A stretch of 61,654 bases of DNA, filler included, from Sluysia triapertura (GCA_046118255.1; 5 parts of 5 records of this genome joined end to end with filler, not necessarily neighbours in it); one strand, 5' to 3'; positions 1 to 15,169 are shown, counted from the first letter of the whole stretch. Program-made: numbers and translations. Notes: a model not told the origin generated them from the sequence alone.

Positions 1-545
1 TATATTTATTTTAATTAAATTACATTTCTTAATTAAATTATAATTATCTTCTTTAAATTATATTTATTTTAATTAAATTATATTTATTTTAATTAAATTA
101 TATTTATCTTAATTAAATTATATTTATCTTAATTAAATTATATTTATCTTCATTAAATTCTATTTAATTAAATTAAATTATATTTATCTTCTTTAAATTA
201 TATTTATTTTAATTAAATTCTATTTAATTTAACTAAAATATATTTATTTTAATTAAATTATATTTATTTTAATTAAATTACATTTCTTAATTAAATTATA
301 ATTATCTTCTTTAAATTATATTTATTTTAATTAAAATATATTTATTTTAATTAAATTTTATTTATATTAATTAAATTATATTTATCTTCTTTAAATTCTA
401 TTTAATTTAATTAAATTATATTTATTTTAATTAAATTATATTTATTTTAATTAAATTATATTTATCTTCTTTAAATTCTATTTATCGTAATTAAATTATA
501 TTTAACATAATTAAATTATATTTATCTTTCTTAAATTGTATTTAT
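1..545. repeat. AT-rich minisatellite, ~20-bp unit (consensus ~TTATATTTATTTTAATTAAA)
   Basis: Tandem, slightly diverged copies visible from base 1 to ~545; the array runs off the window start. Confidence 0.9.
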
Positions 546-846
546 TTTTAATGCCTAATGCAAGAATAATTTTAAAATAGTTTTGTAGAAGTAATTGAAA
601 ATGAAATATCTATATTAAGTTTGAATTTTTTTACGTTAAATTAATACTTTATTCTATTTATTCAACCAAGTCATTAATTAGTAAATTCATTTTAAACATA
701 TTTTTTCTCCTTTGTTCTTTTCGATATTTTGTTGAACTGAACTGTTTTTCTTGCTTCTTTACGCAATTTATAATAATATTATGATTAAAATATTAAAATA
801 TTCGTATGTTATTAATATTAAGATATATAATTACAACATATTTCAG

Positions 847-1241
847 AAGTCGAGTTTGGCAGACGCTCAAACGTTCTTGTCGTATAATATTCTCAATTTG
901 GTTGGCCAGTTTTTTTGTTATGTTTCCTTTGGTACTTGTCAATGATCTGTTAATTATTGGAATGGTAAATATTACAACTAATTTTTCATCTTATCTGTTA
1001 TCATTTAATTCATCACAAACTATTTCAGTACATTATATATATAAATGTGACGAAATATGGACAAATCATAGCCTTCAAATAAGTTATTCAGTTAGTCAAA
1101 TGATTCTAGTATTTCTTATTCCGTTGATAATAATGATTTGGAGTTACTTTGGAATAGCAAAAGCACTCAATAAAGCTTTGTTGGAAACTAGAAAAAAACC
1201 GCGATTAAATAATTCATTTGAAAAGGATATTATTATTAGAA
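847..1241 (+). CDS. Class A GPCR, cholecystokinin/sulfakinin receptor-like, internal exon (ICL2, TM4, ECL2, TM5, start of ICL3)
   Basis: Acceptor tttcag ends at 846. Translation RSRVWQT...IIFSIWLASFFVMFP resembles the SRVWQT segment of CCK receptors, followed by ECL2 Cys (KCDEIW) and TM5 VFLIPLIIMIWSY. Donor GT at 1242 is phase 1, matching the exon at 7780. Confidence 0.88.
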
Positions 1242-4200
1242 GTAATTATTAATTAATTGAGATATATAAATACAATAAACATTACTTTGCTAAACTTATC
1301 ATTTGAAAATAAAATAAATAATTTATGATAAATAATTTAATTATCATATTGTAACTGTAAATTATAAAAATAAAAGATAAAGATATTAAGCTAAAAGATA
1401 AAATTCAGCATAATCCCATTAAAATATAAATTGTATGTTACATACCATCATTGTTTACTAAAACTTTAATGAATAATTATTCGTTAAAATTTGATTATTT
1501 TAATATTAAACATTTTAATACTTATAGAATGAACTGTTTTTAACACAATTATCGTTTGTTTAAATAGTTTTAAAAAAGAAAATCGATTAGTTTTTATTAA
1601 GAAAATTAAAATGATCAATGATTTACTCAAGCGTAAATAGTAACTATTTAGAGTAATAGACAAAATTTATATTGAGGTTTTTCAAAAGAATTATTCGAAA
1701 ATAAAACTAATATGTTTGAAGAGACACAAAAAGCAATTATATGATTGGTTGAATCAGTGCCAACGAAATCCGAAAAATTTAGTTATATGTTTAAGCAATG
1801 AAATTTAGTAAGATTGTTTTAAACAATTATTTTGCTGTATAATATGGACAAAAGAAAATTCAGTTTGTAGGCAAATTGTAGATCAATGTAAGAAAAAGTT
1901 GAAAATATGAACCAGAAAAATTTTTCTTCTGACAGATTAAATTTATACAAATAAATTTAAATTTACTAAATTTTGATACAGGTATTATTTCTATTTTAAA
2001 AATTTATTATAGATAAACTACTTTTAAAATATATTAGAAGTTTCGAGATGATTAAATGCTTCTTGGAAAATTAATATATTTAATTTAAATCTTACAGAAC
2101 AAAAATATCTAAGTGAGTTCATCAACGTTGGAATTTAAATAACGTAAAAACTACTGGAGATTAAATTAAGAATTTATATCTTAATTTTACAGCTGCGTTA
2201 TGAAAATTTAGTTTAATTCTATACTTAGTACGATCAGGATTATTTTATAAGGGTCACAAGAAACCTTAAAAGGTCATTTCGGTAACAATTTTCTCTTAAA
2301 CGAAATAATTTAGCTTCTAATAACAAAGTTTTATTATGATTCTATTAAATAGAACCAGACAAAGATGAGATTTTACTGAGGTTCTTTGGTAAAGAGAACC
2401 TGTAAGAATAAATTTTAATTTAGGATTTTTGTTAGTTTACAACAATTCCTTATTAAACGGAATTGTTAGAAAAGTTTTTTAATATAACTTAATTAGGTTG
2501 GCCAAATTGAACCTGAAAATTTTATCGTTAGTTTATTAATTTATCTATTATACTCTTTAATACAATTTTTTGAATAATTGAAGCATTATATTAATAAGAT
2601 TCAATGAAGCCAATTAGTATACGTAACAAAAAAATAATTGTGGATAAATTATAAAGATTATTTTTATTAATAATCTTGTTAAGTTAATTTTATAAATTAT
2701 TTACTTGATTATACTATGTAAACGATAACCAAAAAGATTAAAAATTCTAGATTTTAAGTGGTATTTTTCTTAGCAATAATTTAAAATATTGCAAAAATCT
2801 TATTAAATAAAACTAAAGAATTGAACAAGAAATTGGATTTTTCGTAACACGAGGCAAAAATAGTAGTAATTCTTCAAATATTCTCCAACAATATATTTTC
2901 TTCTAATTGACTAATAATATTTTTAAACATTCATACTTAACAAAACAATGATCTTGAAAAAATTTTACTTGAAAAATTAAAATAATTTTTTTAATTTATT
3001 CATTTGTTAATTTTTAAATTATTATTTTTTTATTTTATTAAATTTATTATTTTATATCTTTGTAATTTAAAAACTCAATAATTTTATACTAATTTAATAT
3101 AATATCCATGGAAATGAAATAAATACATGATAAATATCAATACATACAAAAGAAATACATAATAGTTTAATTGTTTATAATGGCCATGACGACGTAATCA
3201 ATACTATTTTGAGTACATATATGTACCGACTAAATAATATTTGAATACACATACATACCGACAAAGAATTCCAAATTGTTTTTAAAGAGTAGTTTCGTTA
3301 TTTCTGAAGATAATTGTGTTGAAGAAAAAAATGTGATTAAGACTTTGAAACTACAAATCATATAACAATTTAAAACTTTAATATATACATGGATTAAGTG
3401 GTGATGATCCTTATACATATATTAAATTTATTTAATAATAAAGTTAAATAATCATATTGTCTAAAAGTAAACATGTTAAATTAATAATTACATATCTGAA
3501 AATAAACTCCTAAAATTAAAGTTTGTGTAAAATAATAGTTATTTTATACAAAAATACATAGACTAACAAATTATATGGCTGAATAAGATGTATATACTGT
3601 AAGAAAATTTACAGACATTATAAGAAATTTACGACATAATAAAGTATATGTAATTTAAGAAGAAATTATGAATAAATAATTATAGATATTACATGCATTA
3701 ATGAATAAAACATATATATTATATGAAGAAATTAAACCATAGAAAAAAAAGTATATAAACAAGTGATTTTTACGAAATTCACACCAGAGGAATTAATATC
3801 GTTATTGAAGATGTTGCTGATTACTGAAAATAGTGCTGGTAATTTGCTGTGGTTTTCTTTAAACTAAACCCCAGCAAAATAAAATTGAGCAAGGTCCGGT
3901 TACAGTATAGTTGGTGTTCCTATAATCTTAAGTTAATAATATTTCTATATCATTTAAAAATTACGTTTAGACATTTTTTTAGTCATTTGTAAATAACTTT
4001 AAAGAATTTTATGTGATTTTAGAGGGTTGTGTTGACAACCTAACAAATTTAATTGAAGACAAAAGTAATTCTGTTTATTCTATCACATTTAAACTATGTA
4101 ATTCGTACTGATAATTTGATAAGTATAAAGTATTAACATAAAGTTTTCAAAATTATTTAAGTTTCTAATTTTATTTTATTTATTTCCATAATTTCGTCTG

Positions 4201-7200
4201 CCATTTTAGTGATATAAATAAATCTTAAGCGTTAATTAGTTTTATTATTGAGGACTGAAAAGTTAGATCTCATGCAGCAGGAACAAGTATTAATTCAAAA
4301 CTTCTAAGATTATAAGAATAAAATCAGAATAAAATCAGATAGATCAGATAATAAAATCATTGTTAACTAAAGAAGCAGACAATAATTTATAAACGATAAA
4401 TATTGACCGATTAATAGACAAATCATAATCGAGTATCTTATAATTTTATCTAACTACTTACTTGAAAGTTAAAAATAACAATATATTTCTAAAATAGAAA
4501 TAATTTTTGAAAAATAGAAAATTATTTTTCCTATTTATAAATCTTATCATCTTCATTTAGAAATGTAAGCATTTGAATTTGAATTTTACTCTTTACTTTA
4601 TTAATGATAGTCAGTATAGATTTTCAAGAAAAAGTATCATAGAAAATCTTTGACTAATTTTGTGTGTTTTAGAAATAATAGACAATAGACTAAATCACAA
4701 AATGATTAATACTTAAATAACAGATTATTTTAAATAAATGCAGTTTTATTATAAATTATATTTTAAAACTACTTTTTTGTATTGTTGACATGTCATCACA
4801 ACCATTAAAATCATGCGATTTCTCTAAAGTCATTTCGAGAAAAGAAAACAAATTTTCAAAAAATAAAATAAGTTTTCGAAAAAGAAAAAAGAATTTTGCT
4901 TATTCCAGTCTTTTCCATGAAATAGTAAATTATTTTATTTAAAAGCAATTTTGATTTATTACAATCAAGATTATAAAATAGTCGTAAAATCCGAATTTTA
5001 TCATTTTACTGAGGGGAAAATTTTTACTTAAAATTTAAAAAAGAAATTCATTAAATATCCCAAAAAGATTTTAATCATAAAATAACCATTTGAATTTTTT
5101 GTTTTTTATTGTGTATATTTTGTTTTTTGAGCTTTGATTAATTTTAATCGTTGTATTTAATCGATATTCTACTATAATTACAGTTGGTTAAATTTCTTAT
5201 TGTGGTATATAAATTTTAATTAAGTTAGAGATGCTTTAAACCTGCTTTTGAGTAAATATAGTAGGATTATTAACTTTAAGATTACAGAAACGCTAATACA
5301 CATTGTAACCTGACCATGCTAAATTTTTATTTTGCCGTAGCTTTGAATGATAAATGATTCATTTTATGCTTTTTTGGGGGTACTTCTTTTACAGTAAATA
5401 TTAACATAATGTAATTTAATCTATAATAATAATTATTATTACTGATCTACAGAATATATTGAAATGAAGGAAATAAATTATTGAAATATTAATTGATAAA
5501 ATGATGAGTTCTGATGACGAAATTGTAGCCTGGCTTAGATTTATAATGAACAAAATATATAAAACAATTTTTGGAAAAACAATAACGATAAATTGTATCC
5601 AAAAGTATCAAAATTGATATTTGATTAAAAATATAAAATGAAACATTATAAGAATACACATTATATTTTTTTTTCACTAAATTTGATTTTCAAAATGTAA
5701 AATAAAAAATATTTCGTGTTTATTCGGTTTTAACTAAAAAGTTCACTTTTTTAGACGATCTAATAAAATTACCTAGAAAAATGTCTATAAAAACCGCAGG
5801 TGAATATGAATTTTTTTATTACTAAACGTTGCTTAAAAATTAAATTTAAGTGCAAACTAGTAACAGTTGGTATTAGGATTAAGTGCATTAAGTGTAAGAT
5901 TTGCACTTTGAATAAAATAAAATATAAATAAAACGGTTTCATTTTGTACACTAATTTTATATAATAATTTACCAATAATAATTTTAAAATATTCAAATAA
6001 AGATTTTGATGAATTAGATATACCTTAGTAAAAATATGATATTGATTATGCTTTGAATGTTCTACTGAAATAATATAAAATTAGTTTAAAATTTCAATAT
6101 AATACTACAATATTTACAATGATAGTAGTTTGCAATTCTGCATGAATCGTAGCATTTCGGAAAACTACTGTAACATTTGTAACAAGAGTTTTAATGTGGT
6201 CGACACAAGTTATATTCAACTAAACGTTAATAGGACATAAAGTGTGAGCAAATGTGCGCGTCAGAAGATGAAACACTAGAGAATGTTTTCTCTAAGAAGT
6301 AAGAAAGATAGTGAAATGAAGTAATATACTACCTATAATGTCGTAATTATTGATGTATTTATGTTCAGATAAATCACTATATTGAAATTTATTTAAATAA
6401 AATTTACTTGGAGATCACCATAGATGTTTACCAATAAATTCATATAATTTATCAGGAAATGTAATATCACATTTACATTCTATCACAGACTTACAAATAT
6501 TAATACCAATAAATGTCAATAAATAATGTCAACTTGTACTAATTTAAAATAAAAAATGTTTTAAAATATTAACACATTATGAGTTGGTAGCCTAACAGAT
6601 CTAACTAGAGTGTTTAGCGGACAAAAATCGAAGATATGCAAAATGATATTCGTATTTATTTAAATATCGCACATGATAGCCAATTGTGACTAATATCTTG
6701 CCCCGCTTTTAAAAAATACTTTTCAAATGACTCACTCATCCGTCCTTAAGTAACAGTCCATAAAATTGGTACTAATACTCATAATGTGTTAATTTCTAAT
6801 ACAGTTGTTTCAAATAAATTTTTATTGGTAATTGTATTAATCCTACGAATGCTTTTATATAATTAACAATCTTTACTTAATTCTTTAATTTCATTTAAAT
6901 TTTGCTTTTTTTAAATTTCCTTTTAATATTAATTTTTCGGTATAATCGGGATCATGTTTCATATTTAAATATTAAATTATTGTTATTTTTATTAGTAATG
7001 CGAAAACAGATTTAAAATTTAAAAATAACATTTCGAACTTTTAAATAATGGATACATTTTTTTAACAAGTTTAAGCGTAAAATTTTGAATTCAATTAAAA
7101 ATAAAGAAATATTAAGAGAAATGTCTGCAAAAAATTTTAAAAAGCAACTTTATTTATTTTAACTTTCATTAATAAATAGTTATTACAAAATGAATTGTAT

Positions 7201-7779
7201 TTAATTGAGTTAAGTTGTATGTGTTTATGCAAAACTTATCAAAATCAAATTAATTCAATGAGTCAATAAATTAATAAACGTTTATTCTCAGTTTAATCAA
7301 GAGGATTAGAAAAGGATTTAATAAAGGTAATCCAAGTAAGGAAATATTCATAGTATAAAATTTATGAGCAAAAGAAAATGAAGTTATTAGACCAAACTGG
7401 GGACATAATAAAAAGAATTTAGTAAGAGATTCTTCACCTGCTATGAAGCCTCTTACAACATTCTTTAAGGAAATAAAAAGTGGTATATTTATATTTTAAA
7501 TAATATTAAAGTAATACGTACTTTTTTCTAAAAATATCAACAAATGTGGCATAAAACGTTTTAAGAATTAGTATAAATGATTAAATAACGATAATTTACC
7601 TACGCTAAAGACTAAGAAAGGTACATTTCATTTTTTGCACAATGTTCAATCTAGAACACTTTATCATACAATATAGTTTTGCCTGATCCAAAACCTCCAG
7701 TCACTTTAATAATAGATAAAGTTAAAAATACTTCCAATAAAATCAATAAATATATTTAAATAATAATTTATTTCTTTAG

Positions 7780-8040
7780 ATAAACTTATGAAACAATCAG
7801 TTGATAACAACAGTCAGTTAGAAGATAATTTACTGAATTATTCGGCAACAACAAGATCACGACTTTCAACTAGCACTTATCATTGTCAAAATTATTTGAA
7901 TACATTAAATAAAAACAAGAAAATTGTGCAAATGCTTGTAATTGTTGTACTAGAATTTTTCATTTGTTGGTTTCCAGTATTTTTTCTAAACACCTGGTAT
8001 TCGATTGATAAAAATGGAGCCAGAAAAATGGTTTCTCCGG
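7780..8040 (+). CDS. CCK/sulfakinin receptor-like GPCR, next exon (ICL3, TM6, ECL3)
   Basis: Acceptor ttctttag ends at 7779. KKIVQMLVIVVLEFFICWFPVFFLNTW carries the CWxP motif and the VLEFFICW segment of invertebrate CCK-like receptors. Joins 1241 in frame (A+AT). Donor GT at 8041. TM7 exon not found. Confidence 0.88.
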
Positions 8041-9260
8041 GTTAATTAATTCATTTTGTTATATTTACGAAGCATATTTTCATCAAAACTTTGTATTGAA
8101 CATTAAAAAACTACTTCCTCGAGTCAGAAATTAGTGAAATTAATTAATAAAAGTGACTTTGATGTAAAAGTTAAGTGTTAATTTGAAAATACTTTTATAG
8201 GTGTGAAGATTTTGATTTTTTAAAACTGAGACGAATTAATCTATGCTGTTGAAGACGCTTTTTCTGAATTGAAAACGGATACATTGAATAATTATTTTCT
8301 TTCTCAACATCAATGTACTGTATAAACCGTGAAAGTAAATGGAAGTAACAACTATATAAAAAAGACCATTTAAAAAGATTTGATAAGCTTTTAATTTCCA
8401 TAAATTTTGATTTTTGCCTCATGAACGTGTGCAAGACATTTTAAATTTAAACATCGTCAATTAATCATCAAATGAATCCTTAAAGTATTTCAGAAACGCT
8501 ATCAATAGTTAAGTTTCAATAAAATATATAATTTTATGATTTTAGATTTGATTTATTTTGATAATTTTTCAGAAATATTAATTTTTAAAGAAATCGGGCA
8601 TTGATTTCTGGACGGAGACAGTATTTGATTTTTAAAAACAATTCTTAATACAAATATTTCGATTGTATGGATCATTTTATTATTTATTATTATTATTTAT
8701 TATTCAAACATAATTTTGTAAATTAAAAATGTATGACTTAAATTAAAAAGTTACTTCATTAATTCAAATTAATACAAATTGAATATTTTACATTATATTT
8801 TAAATATATTTCTAAAATAAAAAGAACTTTAAAAAATTAGGTTTATAAAAGTTTTTTTTTCATAATACATTTACAAAAGAACAATTAGTACAATTTTTGT
8901 CATTTTTGTTTTAACAAAGCTTTCTTTTTTTCTATTTAACATTGACATTACTAAATTTACTATTATAATATTATTTTTTTTATCTCATTCAAGTAGAAAT
9001 TTTGTCTGCAAATAGTGTTACGTAATTATTTATCGGTTTCTATATAAAATTATCTAATTATTCATAGCATTTGGATGATGTTTAGGTCTGCGAAATTAGA
9101 CGGTTCTGAAACAACTTTTTAATAAATTTTGAAATGTGAAATAACACTGAATTTTCATATTGATGTTTCAGCAATGCCAATAATGAATTCAAAATTGTTT
9201 GATATTTAAAATAGTAATTCCGAAATTGATAATTTGTTTTCGTAATTTTAGCAGCTTTAA

Positions 9261-9700
9261 TTCTACGATTACCAAGCGTGGACAAAATTTTCCACAGACA
9301 TTTTCATTTTTAATAATTAATAAACATATTATCCGGTACAATTTGAAATCATTTCTTCTTCATAAAACGTCAATTTTTAATTATTATTTGCAATTTTAAT
9401 TTAAATCTCACGTAGAAAGAAGGTTGTACATTGTTATTTTGAGCAGAATCAAAGATATTTGACCACAGAAAAAATTAAACAACATTCCGAAGAAGATGCT
9501 TTATTTTTTATAAATATTCTGTCAAACACGAAGAAAAACAAAAATAATTTCTAGTTTGTGTGGTAAATGCAACAATTATGTTTGTCTTTTATCTTCAAAG
9601 AAGGTTTGATATTTAATGAGTTGTTTAAATGTACAATTTATTGAAAATAAAGAATGTGTGTATCGTGGATATTTTTGACCACGCTTGGTAATCTACGTAA
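9261..9700 (+). mobile_element. Internally deleted piggyBac-like DNA transposon relic
   Basis: Inverted repeats GATTACCAAGCGTGG (9267-9281) / CCACGCTTGGTAATC (9679-9693), extending inward with mismatches. TTAA at 9257-9260. Internal decayed Cys-rich tail (RRCFIF...RRKTK...CGKCNNYVC) resembles piggyBac C-termini. Confidence 0.6.
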
Positions 9701-11042
9701 TTTTTATTGGTTAGAGTTATTTTTATTGTCACTCTTAATTATCTTAAATAAATTGATGTAAATTATATTAATCATAATGTGAGAAATTTATCACCCTGTT
9801 ATTTACTGCATCAATACAACAATTTTTGAGTATTTTTGTATTTAGATTTGAGCTTTAAGTTTACAGTAGTATGATAATAAATCGAATAATAAAACATGAA
9901 ATGATAAATCTATCACTCTTTAATAATTACAGGACTAAATAAAATTAAGTTAGTGTATTTAAATAATTCAATATAATCTAAAATAATTATGAAAATAATT
10001 TAAACAAAATCTATATATTGATTAATTTCAATAAACTAATTAATTAATTAATTTTAATAATAAGAGGAATAAAAAAGTGACAAATTTTAGATTTAGGGTT
10101 TAAAACCCTCTAGTTAAACTAAAAATAAAATGAGGACAGAATAATATGGAAGAATTATTGAATAAATTGAATAGTATAATATGTAATATCGATAAATAAC
10201 ACACTTTAATTAGCATAAAATCATTTGTCAAACTAGAATAATAAAGTCCGGCAAGCAACGTCAACTTCCTATGATTGATGAGATTAATTACGCATTCTTT
10301 TCTATCTTTAACAAACATAATTCACTTTAAAATAACATTTAATAATGATGTTTTCTTCAGATATTTATAATAAAAACTGTAAATATGATTTTCTATATTG
10401 TTAACTTTTAACATGTGGAAGAATTTTCAATAAGTATTACGTCAATGTTACATTTTTTCGTTATAAAAAAAATGTTTTATAAAAAAATGTTCGGAAGTTT
10501 TTTCAACAAAGTTTAATTATTTCTAAATTTTTAATTTAACAGATTATTCCATTATTCATTAAAATATTAATTTTTTCGCTATTAATTGTATCATTTTTTA
10601 TATGAAATTATCTTACAAAATTTATTTTAATTTACATAATTCACAAAAGTGCTTTTATCAACTTTTTACCTTAAAACATATATCAAGGTTTTTAAAGCAT
10701 TTTCTAATATTCTATTTAAAACATTATACATAAATGGTAATGTCTTCTTATCGCATTTCCTGTTGTTACATGTATTACTAGCATTATTATCATTATTTTT
10801 ACCATTATTATTAATATTATTAATTTATATAATTATTTTTACTTTTATTATGGTTATCATGACATTTAATTTATATTATTATCGGCTTATTTTTTTTCGA
10901 AATAAATAAATTTTATTATTTATTTTTATTAATGATTTAATTTTAAATCCAGACCTGAGCGACAATTTCATTTGTAAGTCATTCTATTTCAACAACATAA
11001 CTTGAATAAGATTTTTAATAAAACATTTTGTATATCAGATCG

Positions 11043-11142
11043 NNNNNNNNNNNNNNNNNNNNNNNNNNNNNNNNNNNNNNNNNNNNTTAATTAATTAANN
11101 NNNNNNNNNNNNNNNNNNNNNNNNNNNNNNNNNNNNNNNNNN
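11043..11142. other. Assembly gap with artificial TTAATTAATTAA linker
   Basis: N-run with a central 12-mer giving stops in all six frames; identical structure at four places. Confidence 0.95.
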
Positions 11143-12477
11143 ATTTATATATAGACAGTCGAACGTCTTTTAAATCGTTTAATTCACACAGGTTATTCGT
11201 TAAAATTTTTGATATTCGAATGTTTTCTTTCGAGACTATAGGGATTTTGATAATGTTGTATCCAGATGTGTCCATTGCTTTTACAATCAGAATATCGATT
11301 ATACATTGTAAATTGTGATGTGTTCAAAAAGTTTCTTTTCTTTCGATGAAATTGATTGGCCCGGGAATACATTATTACAAATATTTATCTTTTCTTCTGA
11401 AATTAATCATGTTCACTTTCGTGCCATCTGAGACTTCTCAGTTAATCATCATTCTGAGATCATGACAACTTCTTTTCAATTTTCTATCAGGTAACACAAC
11501 TTTCAAATTATTATGCATACAACTAGTGATTTTACTATTTAATTATTATCTACTTGCAATAATGAGTAGATAATAATTACTATTATTGTAAAACTTATAT
11601 TGTAACGACTTATATCGTCCAGAAGACGCCTGTATCATTAAAAGAAGTTTGTGATGGTTCAATCATTACGCTTCTTAAAAATCGCAAAGTTTAATTAATA
11701 ACATCAAACAGCTTATAAAACAGACAATAAAGATTAGACAATTTAAAATTTAATTCGTTAGAATATTTACAAAAATTCCCCTCAGTAGATCGGAGCAAAA
11801 ACTAATTTACAAAAATAACTTACCGCACTCATGGAAATTAAAAATAGAATAGTAAAATATAGAATAATAAATAGAATAGTCCACTGTTGATGATGAAGAT
11901 GCTCGGATAAAATGGCTACAAGTTGATACCAAATGAAATTTCTAACGAGCGCAGAAATTAAATAACTAAAACAAATGGCAATATAGTGAAACTGATGCTA
12001 ATTTATATACTAGTCTTTAACCAATAGAAACTGACATAATTTTCTTTTCTATTTTTAGTAAGGAATTTTCTTTTTTAAGAAATTAAGTTATTTTAGGTTG
12101 GTTTAGTGTGGTAAATTGTTTTTTGAATCTTTAATAGGGTTGTGATGACAACCTAACAATCCTATTGTATGAAAATATGTATAAATGATAGTTGTATTAA
12201 TTTTAATAATTATAATTAAAATAATAACATAAAATAAATCATTTTATGTAAATAGCAACATTTATTTATGTATAATTTTATTTTGCAACAAATAACGAAT
12301 ATTTATCTATGTACGAGTTTATATTTCGTATGAGTCCACATCTTTACAGAATTTCTCGAAAAATCGAATTGTTGCAGATTGATTTTTTTAGCTACGTAAA
12401 CATTCACCAAAATATACTATTAAACGTTTAGCTTTAATTTTGTTAATTCTCTGCAGAATTGAAATTAACATAAGCGT

Positions 12478-12480
<3 letters not shown>

Positions 12481-12531
<51 letters not shown>
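12481..12531. repeat. (TTA)n microsatellite
   Basis: Pure trinucleotide run; explains the poly-Leu ORF 12440-12703. Confidence 0.95.
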
Positions 12532-12533
<2 letters not shown>

Positions 12534-14589
12534 ATCAGTATCTTTATATATTTAACTGCAGAATTTACGTCATACATTTATTAATGTTACAAACAACTTG
12601 GTCATCGATAAGAATTCCCGAATGCTATTTATTGACAAGGTCTAGATTATTTTGTAAATATTACATTTATTGTCTATTTCTTCTAATTATAATACCTCAT
12701 TAAAAATATTGTTTTGGAAAAGGTTCTGATTCAAAGCGTGATTAAATCCATTTTTTGTGATACGATTTGTCTTTAAGATCATAGTTCATTGTCATTATTG
12801 CGCAATGGAGCGATTTTCTTACAATTGATGACTCAATCATGTTTTCTCCATGAGAGTTCGTATTCCGATGATAAATGAGCTGTCTTAGAAATTAAAAAAT
12901 TTAAAATTATAATATGCAAACAATGATTAAAAAAATTTACTTTATTTAAAAGCAAGCAGTTAAGGACTACATTGTCACGTAACAAAAAGGGTTCTGTGTC
13001 ATTGTACGATAAATATTTGTCTAACTCACACCGATGGGATGATCAAATAAGAAAATATGTCAATGATGTATTGATAGATGTCAACTTAAATGAGTTTGTA
13101 CGAACTATAGGATGGCCGATGCGGAGACAACTTGCTCAGTTGATGGCCAACTTTATACTGATAGACGGAAAGAACGATTGTGCATGTGTACAATCGTAAA
13201 TTGTCGGTAAAGATCCGGTGATAAAAATACTACAGAAAGCACACCATTTGCGTTGTCGAGCAGAAGGAAAATTAATCAAGTTGAGAAATATTTACGCGAA
13301 CAATTTTGTGTGTTTGAATTATACATGTTATATTTGTGTTATTCTGTCTACGTATTAGGCCGACTCCCAGTATGAGGCAGGTTAAAGTTTTTAAGTAAGA
13401 CAAGAAACAAATTAATCAAAGAAAGTTTAGTTAAAATTATTAAGAATTCGAATACTAAAGAGTCAAGAAAACAAAATTTAAGACAGCGACCAGAAAACAT
13501 AAACAGCTTCTTGAATAAAATCAAAATACACCAATCCCCGATTTACACGGTTTTCCAAATAAGTTTTTTTGTTTTTATCGTTTTTCCAAATACGTTGTTT
13601 TACGTTTTTCTCAGGAACGTATCTACCATGTAAATCGGGGGATAGGCGTATTTTAAAACAAATTATACAGAAATAGAGCATAAATTGAAACAAATGCCTA
13701 AACATTTTACCATAAAGTCACATACAAATTTAAAATATTAAATGTGTTAAAATTATGCACAATTCCACGTCTCAAATAAGAGAACCTGATAAACAGAGAG
13801 TGTATTTATGTATATTCGGTTAATTTGTACACATTTTGATAGGTACAAATTAGTAAAGGATCATTTAGACCGATACTATTCATATATTACAAACTAAAAG
13901 CGAGATAGAACATTCTAACTTATACTATATTATGTTTCAAAGTTTAAGATTGATATTTAAAAAAAGGACCAGTGAAATATCGTTGATCACACGAATAATT
14001 TCAAACTATCCTCTCCGTGTTGCCATGGCAGAAACAAAATCTGACATATTTCCCAATACAAAATTACTTCTAAAGATTTTAATTATATTTAGTATCTGTT
14101 GTGTCTATTCGAGATGTATGTCAGATCTCGACTCTGAAAATCTGAGAACAGGTAATGATAAAATAATAACATATCTCCAAGAGTGTAGAAAAATTCTGAA
14201 TTGTATTTAAACGGTTTTTGTTGCAGAACATCTCCAGCGATTAAATCTGGTCGCACTTCATCTTGCCATGACTCGTATTTTTGATCGCGCAGTCTTTCTG
14301 ACATGACCTGAATGAAGAAAAATAAATTCAAAGCAGATTTTGTTCCTAGTTTTATATGATTATACCGTAAGAAACAAAGATGTAATCAATATTTTATTTT
14401 CTTTTAATGTATTTATATATTTCTTAAAATAATTGAGACGACATATTCGATAAGCGGATCTTCGAAACTTTCTATTCTAATAGTAGTAGTAGTAGGAGCG
14501 GTTGTAATAGTAGTAGCACTATTGTTAATAAATAATACTGATAAGATAGACACGCGTTCAAAAGCAAGAACTGATGCATCGCTGGTAGA

Positions 14590-15030
14590 AAAGTGAAAAA
14601 ATTACAATTAATAATTAATCAAGTAGCAAGACTAATTCTTCAACTGGGAATAAGATCTCATGTAACACCTTATTTTAAGGAATTACATTGGTTGCTAATA
14701 AAAGAAAGAATATAAATCAAAATCATGACAATAATTTACAATTGGATATCTTTGAGAAATAATCGAAAATTGGAAACCAAGATGAGACATAATAATAATC
14801 TATACAGAATCCATAGTGATAATAAGAGCTAGGTGATAGGTTGTATACCGTTTATGTTTCAAAAATATACAACCAGTACTACCAGAGAATGTTAAATTGA
14901 TGGAAGATTATGAAATATTTAAGAAAAAGGCAACGTTGTTTCTGTTTCAGAAATATTAGTGAATGATTTAATTTAAGCACTTTTGAGTACTTACTTTGAG
15001 TAGATATGAGCGCAATATTAATTAATATAT
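14590..15030 (+). mobile_element. 3' end of an L2/CR1-group LINE (5'-truncated, decayed)
   Basis: Translation KLQLIINQVARLI...HVTPYFKELHWLLIKERI, then GDR...LPENVK...FKKK..LF, matches the post-RT C-terminus of L2-type ORF2. The tail AAGCACTTTTGAG...GAGCGCAATAT resembles the L2 3' end and is followed by an AT repeat. Confidence 0.8.
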
Positions 15031-15169
15031 TATTAATTAATATATATTAATATATATTAATATATTAATATATTAATATATATTAATATTAATTAATATA
15101 TATAAATATAAAAACCACAATGTATAGCTACATATAATCATTATCATTATGTTGACAAAAGATCTACCA

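Noticed and set aside
1-545. Regularly spaced repeats as a CRISPR array
   Set aside because: Head-to-tail units with no unique spacers, in eukaryotic context; a minisatellite.
1580-2900. Purine-rich coding-like stretch in the GPCR intron
   Set aside because: Probably a very old TE relic, but no diagnostic motif could be read.
11087-11098. TTAATTAATTAA palindrome as a biological site
   Set aside because: Embedded in N-runs identically four times; an assembly linker.
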